Shown piece after piece: positions 35,714 to 45,621 of a stretch of DNA of 64,000 bases; positions within the stretch are counted from its first letter, which is position 1; each line of letters begins with the position of its first letter. The notes beneath the pieces were generated by a model. The model saw only the letters and a list, made by a program, of their open reading frames with translations, had not been told where the DNA came from and did no database searches. This DNA is from a virus. Its lineage: Duplodnaviria; Heunggongvirae; Uroviricota; Caudoviricetes. Made by a program: the position numbers and the translations under genes. The stretch lies in IMG/VR virus record IMGVR_UViG_3300035544_000169. One strand, written 5' to 3'.

Positions 35714-36813
35714 TATTCCATCGCCCCGCTGATTTCATTTAAGATACCCATGATACCGGGCATTGAACCTATACCACTGCCGTCTTCTGGAGTAACAATA
35801 ATCTTCATCTTATCATTGATGCTTGTAACAGCTTTAGTCTGCAGGTCAAGCTCTCTGTTAGCAAAATACACATCTGTATAAGCCTGCTGTTTTTCTAACT
35901 CTGCTTTCTTTTCTAAAATAGCTGCTTCATATTTATTGTTAGCTGCCATCTTAATAGCCTCTGCCTTTCTTTCAATAGAGTAAGCTTCTGCATCTGCTTT
36001 TCTTTCCTTCTCATAAGCATCAGCATCAGCAGCTGCCTGTCTTTGAATAAGCTCCTGCTTTGACTCAGCTTCCTGTCTTGCTACCTCTTTAGCGTTAACC
36101 TCAGCCTGTCTTTTAGCATCCAGCTCAGCAAGTTCTACCTCATTAATAGCTGATGTTTTTCGGTTAATCTCAGCCTGAATTTCCTCTGGCACTAATATGT
36201 TTCCAAATTCAAACCTGATTAATCTAATGCCATACTTATCAGACATTGTTTCTTTTAAGTTCTCAAAGATTTCTGTCTGCATTTCACTAACCTTGGCCTG
36301 GAAGTTATAGACTGAAGTTTTTCTTGTTACCTTTTTAACCTCGCCCTTCATAACTCCGTAAAGCTCATCATCTACAATAGTCTCGAAGTCTTTTTTGACG
36401 CCCCAATTTTTAATAATCTTAGCTACATTTTCTGGCTGAACTGACATATAAATATCAGTAATTACATTCTTGCCCTCAATTGTTCCTGCCTCAATTGAGT
36501 CATCCTGTTTTGAGCCTTCCTGCTCATTTTTAGTCCAGTTTCTGCTGATAATAGTTGTTGGTGAGATATACATTTCTTGAGTAAAAGGATTAAGCCAAAC
36601 AAGTCCATACCTTGGCTGGTTGATTACTGATGTACCCTCTAATACAGGTACACTATTTTCATCTGGATTATCAGGGTCAATGGTACGGTCATAAACATAG
36701 CCAACAAACCCTGGCTCGATATTATCCGTTACCATAAAAAATCCTACACCTGCAATAAACACAATCACCAAAAATGCTATAAGCCCCATCATACCTTTGT
36801 CTTTTCCTGTCAT
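35713..36813 (-). CDS. SPFH/Band-7 (stomatin/prohibitin/flotillin-like) membrane protein
   Basis: N-terminal TM helix, an SPFH core (…NPFTQEMYISPTTIISRNWTK...), and a long Ala/Glu-rich coiled-coil C-terminus typical of the family. Confidence 0.65.
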   Translation of the reverse strand: MTGKDKGMMGLIAFLVIVFIAGVGFFMVTDNIEPGFVGYVYDRTIDPDNPDENSVPVLEGTSVINQPRYGLVWLNPFTQEMYISPTTIISRNWTKNEQEGSKQDDSIEAGTIEGKNVITDIYMSVQPENVAKIIKNWGVKKDFETIVDDELYGVMKGEVKKVTRKTSVYNFQAKVSEMQTEIFENLKETMSDKYGIRLIRFEFGNILVPEEIQAEINRKTSAINEVELAELDAKRQAEVNAKEVARQEAESKQELIQRQAAADADAYEKERKADAEAYSIERKAEAIKMAANNKYEAAILEKKAELEKQQAYTDVYFANRELDLQTKAVTSINDKMKIIVTPEDGSGIGSMPGIMGILNEISGAME

Positions 36814-36837
36814 AAAATAAATCCCCCTAGTTTTTTA

Positions 36838-36975
36838 TTATTTATTCTCTTCTTCATCTTCCCAGTCAAAATATTTTTTAATTGCATTTCCTACCTTCGG
36901 AAAGATAGAAAAGATAGAAACTGCAAAAACCATAATAGCCAGAAGGCTAAAAAATATAAACATCGGGCCCCACAT
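36838..36975 (-). CDS. Small membrane protein (45 aa) upstream of the SPFH gene
   Basis: MWGPMFIFFSLLAIMVFAVSIFSIFPKVGNAIKKYFDWEDEEENK. Confidence 0.3.
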   Translation of the reverse strand: MWGPMFIFFSLLAIMVFAVSIFSIFPKVGNAIKKYFDWEDEEENK

Positions 36976-37038
36976 AAAATCATCCTTTCAATTGATTAGT
37001 TTATTAAACTTAACTAAACCATTAAGCCTAAAAAAAAG

Positions 37039-37212
37039 TTAAGTATTACTATAAAATCCTGGACCTTTAAATTGAATGCCGGGTGGTTTTTTAAAAATCT
37101 TTTCAAGCTCACCTTCACATTTTGGACATTCTTTAAAAGGCTCATCACTTATTTTCTGAATCTCAGAAAACTCGTGGCCACAATCTTTACACCTGTAATT
37201 ATATGTAGGCAA
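37039..37212 (-). CDS. FmdB-family zinc-ribbon protein (57 aa, TTG start)
   Basis: YRCKDCGHEF...ECPKCEG, with an RBS GAGGAGG upstream. The plus-strand ORF 37072..37275 is probably spurious. Confidence 0.5.
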   Translation of the reverse strand: MPTYNYRCKDCGHEFSEIQKISDEPFKECPKCEGELEKIFKKPPGIQFKGPGFYSNT

Positions 37213-37644
37213 TTAATCTACCTCCTCGTAACCAATAAGTTTTATATCTTCTTTATACCTTTCTTCAGACATTAGTTTTTTCATGTCTTCTGCTGCACTT
37301 TTGTTGACCTGTAATAAGTCTATCACATATTGTTTCCTTTTTAAAGGAGTTGAGTTAAAAATGAATATCTGCTTTAAATTAAAGTCTTTAATAAAATGCT
37401 CTCTTATTTTTTCTACTTTTTTATCAGAAACTTCCATGTCTTCAAAAATTAAAGTATCGATTTTTTTAGTATAACCATTTGTTCTTTCATATATATTTCT
37501 GATAGCATAATCTGATGTTCCAGATAAAAAGAATATTTTTCTGCTTTCAACTTCATCATTATCATTTAAAATCCAGTATCGAATTATTCTTCTATCTTTA
37601 GCAGTATAGCTTATAAAATTCTTAAGTGAGAGTATATTGTGCAT
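37213..37644 (-). CDS. Hypothetical protein
   Basis: 143-aa ORF downstream of the promoter at 37854-37882. Confidence 0.45.
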   Translation of the reverse strand: MHNILSLKNFISYTAKDRRIIRYWILNDNDEVESRKIFFLSGTSDYAIRNIYERTNGYTKKIDTLIFEDMEVSDKKVEKIREHFIKDFNLKQIFIFNSTPLKRKQYVIDLLQVNKSAAEDMKKLMSEERYKEDIKLIGYEEVD

Positions 37645-37853
37645 AGTTGATTTAAAACATTCATCCTTTTGTCTACTGTATTTAAAGTATCTTACAACAA
37701 CCTCATCTCTTAAAGATAAATGATTTCCAAGCTCTGTTTTGCCTGTTCTTCTTGCTCCTTTAACTTCTATAACTGATGACTTATCAGCAAAAACTTCCTC
37801 CTGCCATTTATATAACTTTATGGTAAATCCCCCTCTCTTTTTAACCTATAATA

Positions 37854-37882
37854 AGTATACCATACCCCTATCCATTTTTCAA
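37854..37882 (-). promoter_or_regulatory. Sigma-A-type promoter (TTGAAA-N17-TATACT with extended TG) on the minus strand
   Basis: The reverse complement reads TTGAAAAATGGATAGGGGTATGGTATACT, near-identical in layout to the promoter at 5768-5796 (TTGAAAAATGG...TATGGTATAAT). Confidence 0.5.
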
Positions 37883-37923
37883 GGTTTAGTATTATAAACT
37901 AAATTAAAATACAATTATTTGCA

Positions 37924-38157
37924 TCATAATCTTTCGTTTCTTATCGCAAAACCCTGAGCCATACCCTGAGCAAACTCAGACTTATTCATGGTGGCCCAGG
38001 TGTATGCCCTCCTAAAACCTATAAAGGCAAGTTTGTTTATAAGATAGTCCAAATCATTGAATAAAGTATTAGCAAAATCCTCAAAGCCTAAATCTTTAAC
38101 ATAGATTTGTCTGGCCTGTATGAGCTCATTATAAATATCCTTGTCAACAGGAATCAT
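37924..38157 (-). CDS. Hypothetical protein
   Basis: 77-aa ORF. Confidence 0.35.
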   Translation of the reverse strand: MIPVDKDIYNELIQARQIYVKDLGFEDFANTLFNDLDYLINKLAFIGFRRAYTWATMNKSEFAQGMAQGFAIRNERL

Positions 38158-38163
38158 CTTTAA

Positions 38164-39132
38164 TCACTCCTTATACTTGTCGAAATCTATAAAGAAATCC
38201 TTCCATTTATAATTATCCTCTACTTCATTCTTCTCTGTTTTATTAGAATCTCCTGCAGCTGTTTTAAGATTGTCTTTTCTAAAAATCTTTTTAAGGTCGT
38301 CTTTTTTATAAATACCTTTGTCCATCAGGATATCAAGTCTCCTGAAAAAGAATGTCTGGTTGTGGCCACCTAGTGCACAGTACTCTATTGTTTTGAGCAA
38401 TAGTTCAAAATCGCCACCTTTATCAATAAACTCTGAGAGCTTTTGCTTTTGAAAATCGTTTGGTTTTTTGCCGAATGCTTTTTGGAAGTTATCCACAAGC
38501 AGTTCTGAATTTTTATCTCCCGGCTTTTTGTTATTATTATTAGAATTTGTAGTAGTCTCTGTAGTACTCTCTGGTAATGTTTCGTTTTTATTTATGTTTG
38601 AACCAAAATTATTCGTGTTTGAAACAAAATCATTTTCTTTGCATTCGTTTTTATTTTCTTTGGCGTTATCTCGGGGATAAGGAACCTTTTGAATTATTGA
38701 AGGATATTTATCTAAGTTATAACCAAGCTTAAGTAAGTCTTTTTGTATCTGTATAATATCTACTCTGTACTGATATGTTCTATCCTGCTTGTACTTTGGA
38801 TTTCTCCTTCTTTGTAGCCATTTTTTTTCTACTAACTTAGTCATTCTTTTTCTTATAGTAGGTTCAGTCATATCTACCATTAATTCTTCATTCATTTCTT
38901 CAGCACTTTTATATATCCACCCATTCTTAAACTGAACTTCTTCATCAGTTTTTATTCCTTCATTTTCTAACCTTGAATATTCTTCACTTAACATTTTGTC
39001 ATAATCATTAACTCTTTCTGACCAGTATATAAACTGATTTAAAACTAATGCTGCTAAGTACTCTCCTGTAAGCTCAACTAGTTCTTCTTTTATAACAACC
39101 CTCTTTAGTGGTCGCTGTTTTTTATCACTCAT
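38164..39132 (-). CDS. Putative replication initiation / replisome-organiser-type protein (winged-helix N-terminal region, low-complexity linker)
   Basis: N-terminal ...VELTGEYLAALVLNQFIYWSERV... resembles the N-termini of phage replication initiators. An Asn-rich linker TTETTTNSNNNNKK. Genomic context beside HTH, RecJ and DnaE. Weak call. Confidence 0.3.
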   Translation of the reverse strand: MSDKKQRPLKRVVIKEELVELTGEYLAALVLNQFIYWSERVNDYDKMLSEEYSRLENEGIKTDEEVQFKNGWIYKSAEEMNEELMVDMTEPTIRKRMTKLVEKKWLQRRRNPKYKQDRTYQYRVDIIQIQKDLLKLGYNLDKYPSIIQKVPYPRDNAKENKNECKENDFVSNTNNFGSNINKNETLPESTTETTTNSNNNNKKPGDKNSELLVDNFQKAFGKKPNDFQKQKLSEFIDKGGDFELLLKTIEYCALGGHNQTFFFRRLDILMDKGIYKKDDLKKIFRKDNLKTAAGDSNKTEKNEVEDNYKWKDFFIDFDKYKE

Positions 39133-39202
39133 ACAGCAACACCTTCTCCACCAATAATATTAGACACATTTTCAGCATTAATAGATTTTATAATTTCTTT
39201 CA

Positions 39203-39448
39203 TTATAAAACACCGCCACATAAAACATAATCCAATAATCTTTCGTATTGTTTTTCTGAAATACTATGCTTTATTCTGATGTTAGTCTCTATGTACCCTT
39301 TTGGTTTTTGTTTTTCCTTATTCTTATAAATCTCCATTGCTTTTTTTAAGCTTTCTCTTTTCTTTTTATTCATTTCGTCTACATCTCCTTTTGTTTTCGG
39401 AGCATAATAAAGCCCACTGCTGCTAGAGTCTTGGCAAGTATCCAGCAA
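39203..39448 (-). CDS. Hypothetical basic protein
   Basis: 81-aa ORF. Confidence 0.3.
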   Translation of the reverse strand: MLDTCQDSSSSGLYYAPKTKGDVDEMNKKKRESLKKAMEIYKNKEKQKPKGYIETNIRIKHSISEKQYERLLDYVLCGGVL

Positions 39449-39709
39449 ACAGTGGGCGAGAATAGGAAAAACTTTTAAATAACCCTTGACTAATATTATC
39501 TATATGTGTTATTATTAATCCAAGAATTAAACAATTAAATGGTTATTTTTGTTTTTTCTGTTTGTTTTAGTTTATTTTTGTTTGCTGGAGTGACTTGGTG
39601 GGTCGCTCCTATTTTTTTTGTTTTAATTTTAGTTTGATAAGTATCACTCTACATACTACATATTTTATAATTTAACTATAACACATTCAATATTAATGTG
39701 CAAATAATT

Positions 39710-39934
39710 TTACTTTTTATCTCTTATAGCTTCAGCGGCTGCAGAAACAGCATCGTTGAAGTTTTTTATATATGTTCTTACTGTTTTTCCGCTCATATCA
39801 ACCCTGTATTTTCTAGTCTTTTCATCTTCTGGAATTATAGAATATTCATTTATTATTGATATGGTAGCAGCAATCATTGATTCATCATCATATACAGTCC
39901 AGTCTCCATTATCTTCTTTTAAAGTTTTAATCAT
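39710..39934 (-). CDS. Hypothetical protein
   Basis: 74-aa ORF coupled to the HTH gene. Confidence 0.35.
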   Translation of the reverse strand: MIKTLKEDNGDWTVYDDESMIAATISIINEYSIIPEDEKTRKYRVDMSGKTVRTYIKNFNDAVSAAAEAIRDKK

Positions 39935-40233
39935 TTTTTACCTCCTTTTCTCAAATCATAAAATAATATATACTCAGGATAACCAAGTAATTTAGATAGG
40001 CTTTCTTTATTTTCTTCATTGGGATTCCTGCCTTCAAAAACCCATGCCTGAACAGTTCTGGGACTAACATTTATTATTTTAGCTAAGTCAGAAATCTTCA
40101 AGTTAAGCGAAAACATAATTCCATATAATATTTTATTCTCTACATTCCACTCTCTCAACCTTCTAAAAGATTTTTTCTTTCCACCTTTTATTTTATTAGA
40201 TATCTTTTTTCTTTCTTCTTCAAAAGAAGCCAA
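39931..40233 (-). CDS. XRE/Cro-like helix-turn-helix transcriptional regulator
   Basis: LAKIINVSPRTVQAWVFEGRNPNEENKESLSKLLG HTH. Confidence 0.55.
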   Translation of the reverse strand: MASFEEERKKISNKIKGGKKKSFRRLREWNVENKILYGIMFSLNLKISDLAKIINVSPRTVQAWVFEGRNPNEENKESLSKLLGYPEYILFYDLRKGGKK

Positions 40234-40261
40234 ATTAAATCCCTCCTTTTACATATTATAA

Positions 40262-40292
40262 CATAAAAAAAGAGAAGGCGAAATGCCTTCTC
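40262..40292 (-). terminator. Rho-independent terminator downstream of the bactofilin-like gene
   Basis: GAGAAGGC-GAAAT-GCCTTCTC stem with an A-run on the plus strand (a T-run on the minus strand). Confidence 0.6.
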
Positions 40293-40296
40293 AACC

Positions 40297-40719
40297 TTAT
40301 ATAGTATTTACACTTCCATTTGCTGTAATATCACCATTAACATCTTCACAATTTACACTGCCTTTAGAGTATACACTTCCAAAAACGTCGTCACAGTTAA
40401 TACTTCCGTGAGAACTTATATCTCCATCGACATTGTTGCAGTTTACAGCAAGGTCAGTAGTTAAATTGCCGTTTATATCTCCGTTTATTTTTAGACATTT
40501 TATATCATCATCAATATCATCTACTTTGCTGCCATCAACACGAACCTCACCATTTGAAATGCTAATATTGTTACCTTCATACATTCTTCCATTTATAACA
40601 ACTTTACTTTTTAAATTGTTATCGCCAACAGAGTTTATATCTCTGCCGGCGACTTTATTATTATTTCCAGAAACTAAAGAAGAATTTTTCTTAAAAAAAT
40701 TCAATAATTTTTTAAGCAT
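40297..40719 (-). CDS. Bactofilin-like (polymer-forming beta-helix) protein
   Basis: Repeating G(D/S)(I/V)NG / NCxxVxGDI beta-helical repeats (GDINGNLTTDLAVNCNNVDGDISSHGSINCDDVFGSVYSKGSVNCEDVNGDITANGSVN), as in bactofilin/CcmA (DUF583). Confidence 0.5.
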   Translation of the reverse strand: MLKKLLNFFKKNSSLVSGNNNKVAGRDINSVGDNNLKSKVVINGRMYEGNNISISNGEVRVDGSKVDDIDDDIKCLKINGDINGNLTTDLAVNCNNVDGDISSHGSINCDDVFGSVYSKGSVNCEDVNGDITANGSVNTI

Positions 40720-40745
40720 TTTTACCTCCTTATAAACTATAATTA

Positions 40746-42401
40746 TTACTTAAAAGGATTTATCTTTTCAACTATTATTTGCAGTGACTTTCTGCCTCTA
40801 TACTCATTCCAGCCAACTGTATATGTTAGGTTAACTTTACCCTCTCTCAAGGTTCTTTCCATATCAGCCTGCCTAAAGGCTATAGCTTCAACTCCACCAG
40901 CTTTAAATTTAACATGTTCATTTCCTGGCAGAACCCAGACTGAAGTTATATCAACATCTTTTGAATAGAATACTGGCTTCCTGTTTCCTTCTCCACATGG
41001 TTCTAAAATCTCAAGGTCGTATAGTAGCTCTTCTGAAATTTCACCTATGTCTACCTCTTTATCATAGGTTACTGGCATTAACTCTACACTTTCAGCAAGC
41101 TCATTTAGTCTTAAGCTAAAATCATCAAATTTGTTCATTGATACATTTAGGCCAGCTGCCATCGAGTGTCCACCTGCAGAATTTAAGAGTTCTTCTTCTA
41201 AGCAGACTTTTAAATTTTCGTAAAGATTAAACGGCTCTATGCTTCTGCCTGAACCCTTACCACTCTTTCTATCAACAACTATTGATGGCTTCTCAAAAGA
41301 AGATGATATTCTTCCTGAAATAAGTCCAACTATGCCCTGTGGTATATTGCCATTACAAACTATTACTTTATCACTATCATCGATATCATTTTTCATTTCA
41401 TCTAATATCTTTTTAGTGATATCTTTTCGTTGTACATTTTTTCTATAAAGCTCATCAGCTAATTCTGAGCGCTGATATTCGTTATCTGTATATAAAATAT
41501 CATATGCTGGTCGAGCGGTTTTAAGCCTTCCAGTAGCGTTGATGAGTGGTCCTATCTTAAAGCCTATATCAGTCGCTGAAAGTTTTGTTTCATCAACCTC
41601 GTTAACTTCAAGTATATTTTTAAGGCCGGGATTCATTATTCCATTTCTCATACGCTTTAAGCCTTCTCTGACGATAATTCTGTTTTCATCAACTAAAGGT
41701 ACAACATCAGCTACTGTAGCAATTGCTGCAATGTCGATTACATCTAAGAATAAGTCATCTAGAAGATACTGAGAAAACTTCCAGACTGCTCCAGCTCCAC
41801 AAAGTTCAGTAAATGGATAATCTCCCGAGTTTGCTTTTAAATCTATAAAGGGAGCATCAACACCATCATCACTTTCGTGGTGGTCGATAACAACTACTTC
41901 CATTCCCAAAGAGCGTGCATAATCTATTTCAGCCTGATTAGATATACCGCAATCTAAAGTAATTATTAACTTAGCCCCCTGATGATTCATTATATCTATT
42001 GACCTTTTTGATAAACCATAACCATCTTTAAACCTATTAGCAAAAAAGACATCCACCTTAGCATTGTTTGACAGCTTTTTTAGTGCAGTTCTTAAAATAT
42101 AAGCAGATGAAACTCCATCAGCATCATAATCTGAATAGATTGCAATCTTTGAAAAGAAGGCATACTCTTTTACCTTATCTGCAAATTCCTTAATATTTGG
42201 TATCTTTTCTGGTTCGTGCAGGTCTTTTAAAGAGCCGTTGAGAAAGAGGTCTAAATCTTTCTCATTATCAAGACCTCTATCCACCATGAGCTCTGCTACT
42301 ATTTTATTTATATTTAGTTTTTCTTGTATATCTTCTACTTTTAATTTGCTCAAACTTACCACCTTCTTTCTAATTAGCTTTCTTAAAGAAATCTCCTTCA
42401 A
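40746..42401 (-). CDS. recJ: RecJ-like DHH-family single-stranded-DNA exonuclease
   Basis: DYDADGVSSA (motif I), ITLDCG, VVVIDHHE (DHH), GGGH-like ...GGHSMAAG (DHHA1). Confidence 0.8.
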   Translation of the reverse strand: MKEISLRKLIRKKVVSLSKLKVEDIQEKLNINKIVAELMVDRGLDNEKDLDLFLNGSLKDLHEPEKIPNIKEFADKVKEYAFFSKIAIYSDYDADGVSSAYILRTALKKLSNNAKVDVFFANRFKDGYGLSKRSIDIMNHQGAKLIITLDCGISNQAEIDYARSLGMEVVVIDHHESDDGVDAPFIDLKANSGDYPFTELCGAGAVWKFSQYLLDDLFLDVIDIAAIATVADVVPLVDENRIIVREGLKRMRNGIMNPGLKNILEVNEVDETKLSATDIGFKIGPLINATGRLKTARPAYDILYTDNEYQRSELADELYRKNVQRKDITKKILDEMKNDIDDSDKVIVCNGNIPQGIVGLISGRISSSFEKPSIVVDRKSGKGSGRSIEPFNLYENLKVCLEEELLNSAGGHSMAAGLNVSMNKFDDFSLRLNELAESVELMPVTYDKEVDIGEISEELLYDLEILEPCGEGNRKPVFYSKDVDITSVWVLPGNEHVKFKAGGVEAIAFRQADMERTLREGKVNLTYTVGWNEYRGRKSLQIIVEKINPFK

Positions 42402-45400
42402 TCAATTTAACTTTATCAACCAGCATTGCATTACTTTTATCTTTTTTACCTTCAAGCTTTAGCTTAAAACCTTTTTGGAATAAGTCGTGGTTTGCTCTGT
42501 AGGTATCTGGAAAAACTACAAGTTTAATTTTATTTTTATCTGTCTTAACTTTTGCAAAAGCCATCAGCTTATTTGACTTTCTGGTTTTAACCTCTTTAGA
42601 TTCTGTAATTATACCTTCTACCTCTAAGACCTCTCCACTTTTAGCAAAATCCCATTCAGAAGGATAGGTTAAAGATAAACCGATTGTGTCCATTTCGAAT
42701 TCAATAATTTCTTCTTTTGTGGGTTCTGGTTCGTCAAAAACTCCAGAACCTTCCTCATTTTTGAAGGCATCAAATAGTGACTGCCTCATCTGTCCAAACT
42801 CTTTAATAGTCTTGTAATCTACAAGTAATTGTTTTCTGTTTTTGCCGAATGAATCCATTGCCCCAGCTTTAATTAAAGATTCAAAAGCTGTCTTATTAAC
42901 AACTCTTGTATCAACCTTCTGGTACATATCATCTAGGTCTTTAAACGGTCTTTGATTCATTATTTCGGTGCTTGCTTTTTTACCTAAACCATCAATCGCA
43001 TTTAAACCCAGTCTTATCTTCCCGTTAACAGCTGTAAAGCGCCCTTCTGACTCGTTAATGTCAGGAGGTAGTATATCTATCTTCTTTTTATAGCAGTCCG
43101 AGAAATAGTCCGTAATCGAGCTGTCAGAGCCACTCTTTGCTGCTTCAACACTCATAATAGCTGCATAGAACTCTGCCGGAAAATGGTATTTAAGGTAAGC
43201 AGTGGCATAAGATATTAATGCATAGCAAGCAGAATGTGATTTATTAAAGCCATAGCCGGCAAAATATTCGATTAATCTAAACATTTCATCAGCAAATTCT
43301 TCTGTGTGGCCATTTTCTTTAGCTCCTGCTTTAAACTTAACTTTCATTTTTTCTAATACTTTTATTTTCTTTTTTCCCATTCCACGCCTTAATATATCTG
43401 CCTCTCCCAAACTGAATCCTGCAAGCCTTCTAGCTGCAGCCATAACTTGCTCCTGGTAAGCCATAAATCCGTAAGTTTCTTTAAGGTCTTCTTCAAGGTC
43501 AGGATGTGGATACTCTATCTTTTCATTACCGTGCATTCTGTCAAAAAACTTTTCTACGATACCAGCTTCTAGTGGTCCAGGACGACCGAGAGCTAAAATA
43601 GCGATGATATGCTCGAATTTTGTCGGCCTCATTTTCTTTAAAAGCCTTTTAAAAAGCTGTGATTCTACCTGAAAAACCCCGTTGGTATCAGCCTTCTGAT
43701 AGATGTTTTTATATACATCTTTATCATCAAGAGGTAAATCCCAGATATTTTGTACTGTAGGTTTATACTCTAAGCTATCATAATCTTTTCTGTTTTTGAT
43801 AAACTTAATAGCCTCACCTATGATAACAACAGTCTTTAGCCCTAAGAAATCCATCTTGAGCAAACCTAAATCTTCGCTATCGTGCATCTCTGTCTGAGTT
43901 ACATATGTTATCTCACCAGTTTGGCTGTTTTTGGTTCGTGCTAAAGGTGTATAATCATCAACAGGCTCTGGAGTAATAACAACCGCTGAGGCGTGTGTAC
44001 CTAACTGTCTAGGCTTACCCTCTAATTTTTGAGCTATATCGAATAGTTTTGGGTACTGTTCAGCATACATCTTAAGCTCTTTGCTTTCTTCAAGTGCTCC
44101 CTTAATTGAAATGCCTGGAGTATCCGGAAATGCCTTAGAAATTTCTTTATTCATTAGATTGTAATCATATCCTAATACTCTTCCTACATCTTTAACAGCT
44201 GATTTAGCACCTAATGTACCAAAGTTACAGATACTTGCTACATTTTCTTCTCCGTATTTGTCGATTACATACTGGATAACTTTTCCTCTATTTCCAAAAT
44301 CTATATCAATATCAGGCATAGCAGTTCTTTCAGGGTTTAAGAATCTCTCAAATAATAATCCATATTTAACAGGGTCCAAAGCTGTAATACCTAAAAGATA
44401 AGATAGAAGTGAGCCTGCTGCAGACCCTCTACCAGGACCAACAATAATGTTGTTATCTTTAGCCCACTGAACATAATCTTCAACAATTAAAAAGTATGCA
44501 GGATATCCCTTCATATTTATAACCTCAAGCTCCGTATCAAGCCGTCTGGCGTATTTATCCATATCAATGTCTTTTTTTACAGCCAACTCAAAAAGCTTCT
44601 TAAAGGCCCTTTCTTCAAGGTATGACTCAAGTGTATAACCTTCAGGAACTTCGAACTTAGGAAGTAGTAAACTACCTAAATCAAGCTCGACTGTATCACA
44701 TTTATCGGCAATTTTTACTGTATTTTCAATAGCACTATCTCTGGCATCTATAAAATCAGACTCTACACTCTTTGCAAAAAGCTGACTTTTTATCTCATCT
44801 TCACCCTTAAAATAGTATGAATCTCCATGAAATCTAAATCTGTCATTATCTTCAACTTTTGCCCCTGTTTGAATACATAGCATAACGTCATGAGCTTCGA
44901 TACTGTCTTTTTCTAGATAGTGCATATCTGATGTAGCTACAAGCTCTATATCTAATTTTCTAGCTAAATTTGCAAGCTTTGAGTTCATTACGTACTGCTC
45001 TGATACATCGTTGGCCATAATTTCAATGTAGTAATCATCTTCAAATAAGTTTTTATATTTTAAAGCTATTTCTTTAGCACTTTCAAAATCATTATTTTCT
45101 AAAGCCCTTGACAGCTCTCCCGCAAGGCAGGCAGAACTTACTATAAGTCCTTCAGAATGCTTTTCTAAAAGCTCAAAATCTATCCTAGGTTTATAATAAA
45201 AACCTTCTGTATTTGACTTACTCACCATTTTAAAGATATTTTTTAATCCTGTTTCATTTTTAGCAAGGATTATAAGGTGATGTCTTTTACCTTCTTTATC
45301 ATGCATGTCATTAGCTACATATACTTCAATTCCAAATATATGTTTAATTCCTTCTTCTTTGGCTGCTTTATAAAGCTCTACGAAATTGTGAATGTTGCCG

Positions 45401-45522
45401 TGGTCACTTATGGCAACAGCTTTCTGCCCCATTTCTTTTGCTTTTTTTACAATATCCTTTGGTGAATCAAAGCCGTCCAAAAAAGAGTAGTAACTGTGGT
45501 TGTGTAAATTAACATAAGACAA
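42370..45522 (-). CDS. dnaE: DNA polymerase III alpha subunit (DnaE-type, PHP domain), compact 1050 aa
   Basis: N-terminal PHP LHNHSYYSFLDG...ISDHGN, a polymerase core (…GRGSAAGSLLSYLLGIT..., PDIDIDF), and a C-terminal OB region. It overlaps recJ by 32 nt. Confidence 0.9.
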   Translation of the reverse strand: MSYVNLHNHSYYSFLDGFDSPKDIVKKAKEMGQKAVAISDHGNIHNFVELYKAAKEEGIKHIFGIEVYVANDMHDKEGKRHHLIILAKNETGLKNIFKMVSKSNTEGFYYKPRIDFELLEKHSEGLIVSSACLAGELSRALENNDFESAKEIALKYKNLFEDDYYIEIMANDVSEQYVMNSKLANLARKLDIELVATSDMHYLEKDSIEAHDVMLCIQTGAKVEDNDRFRFHGDSYYFKGEDEIKSQLFAKSVESDFIDARDSAIENTVKIADKCDTVELDLGSLLLPKFEVPEGYTLESYLEERAFKKLFELAVKKDIDMDKYARRLDTELEVINMKGYPAYFLIVEDYVQWAKDNNIIVGPGRGSAAGSLLSYLLGITALDPVKYGLLFERFLNPERTAMPDIDIDFGNRGKVIQYVIDKYGEENVASICNFGTLGAKSAVKDVGRVLGYDYNLMNKEISKAFPDTPGISIKGALEESKELKMYAEQYPKLFDIAQKLEGKPRQLGTHASAVVITPEPVDDYTPLARTKNSQTGEITYVTQTEMHDSEDLGLLKMDFLGLKTVVIIGEAIKFIKNRKDYDSLEYKPTVQNIWDLPLDDKDVYKNIYQKADTNGVFQVESQLFKRLLKKMRPTKFEHIIAILALGRPGPLEAGIVEKFFDRMHGNEKIEYPHPDLEEDLKETYGFMAYQEQVMAAARRLAGFSLGEADILRRGMGKKKIKVLEKMKVKFKAGAKENGHTEEFADEMFRLIEYFAGYGFNKSHSACYALISYATAYLKYHFPAEFYAAIMSVEAAKSGSDSSITDYFSDCYKKKIDILPPDINESEGRFTAVNGKIRLGLNAIDGLGKKASTEIMNQRPFKDLDDMYQKVDTRVVNKTAFESLIKAGAMDSFGKNRKQLLVDYKTIKEFGQMRQSLFDAFKNEEGSGVFDEPEPTKEEIIEFEMDTIGLSLTYPSEWDFAKSGEVLEVEGIITESKEVKTRKSNKLMAFAKVKTDKNKIKLVVFPDTYRANHDLFQKGFKLKLEGKKDKSNAMLVDKVKLIEGDFFKKAN

Positions 45523-45621
45523 ATAACTTCCTCCTTTCGTTTCGTTAAGTTTATTATATCATACTTCACTTGAATATTAAAGAAAAAGGTGTACTGTTAA
45601 AGTAACACCCTTTTTTATTAA

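Noticed and set aside
37072-37275. Plus-strand 67-aa ORF
   Set aside because: The opposite strand encodes a convincing FmdB zinc-ribbon protein with a strong RBS in the same interval.
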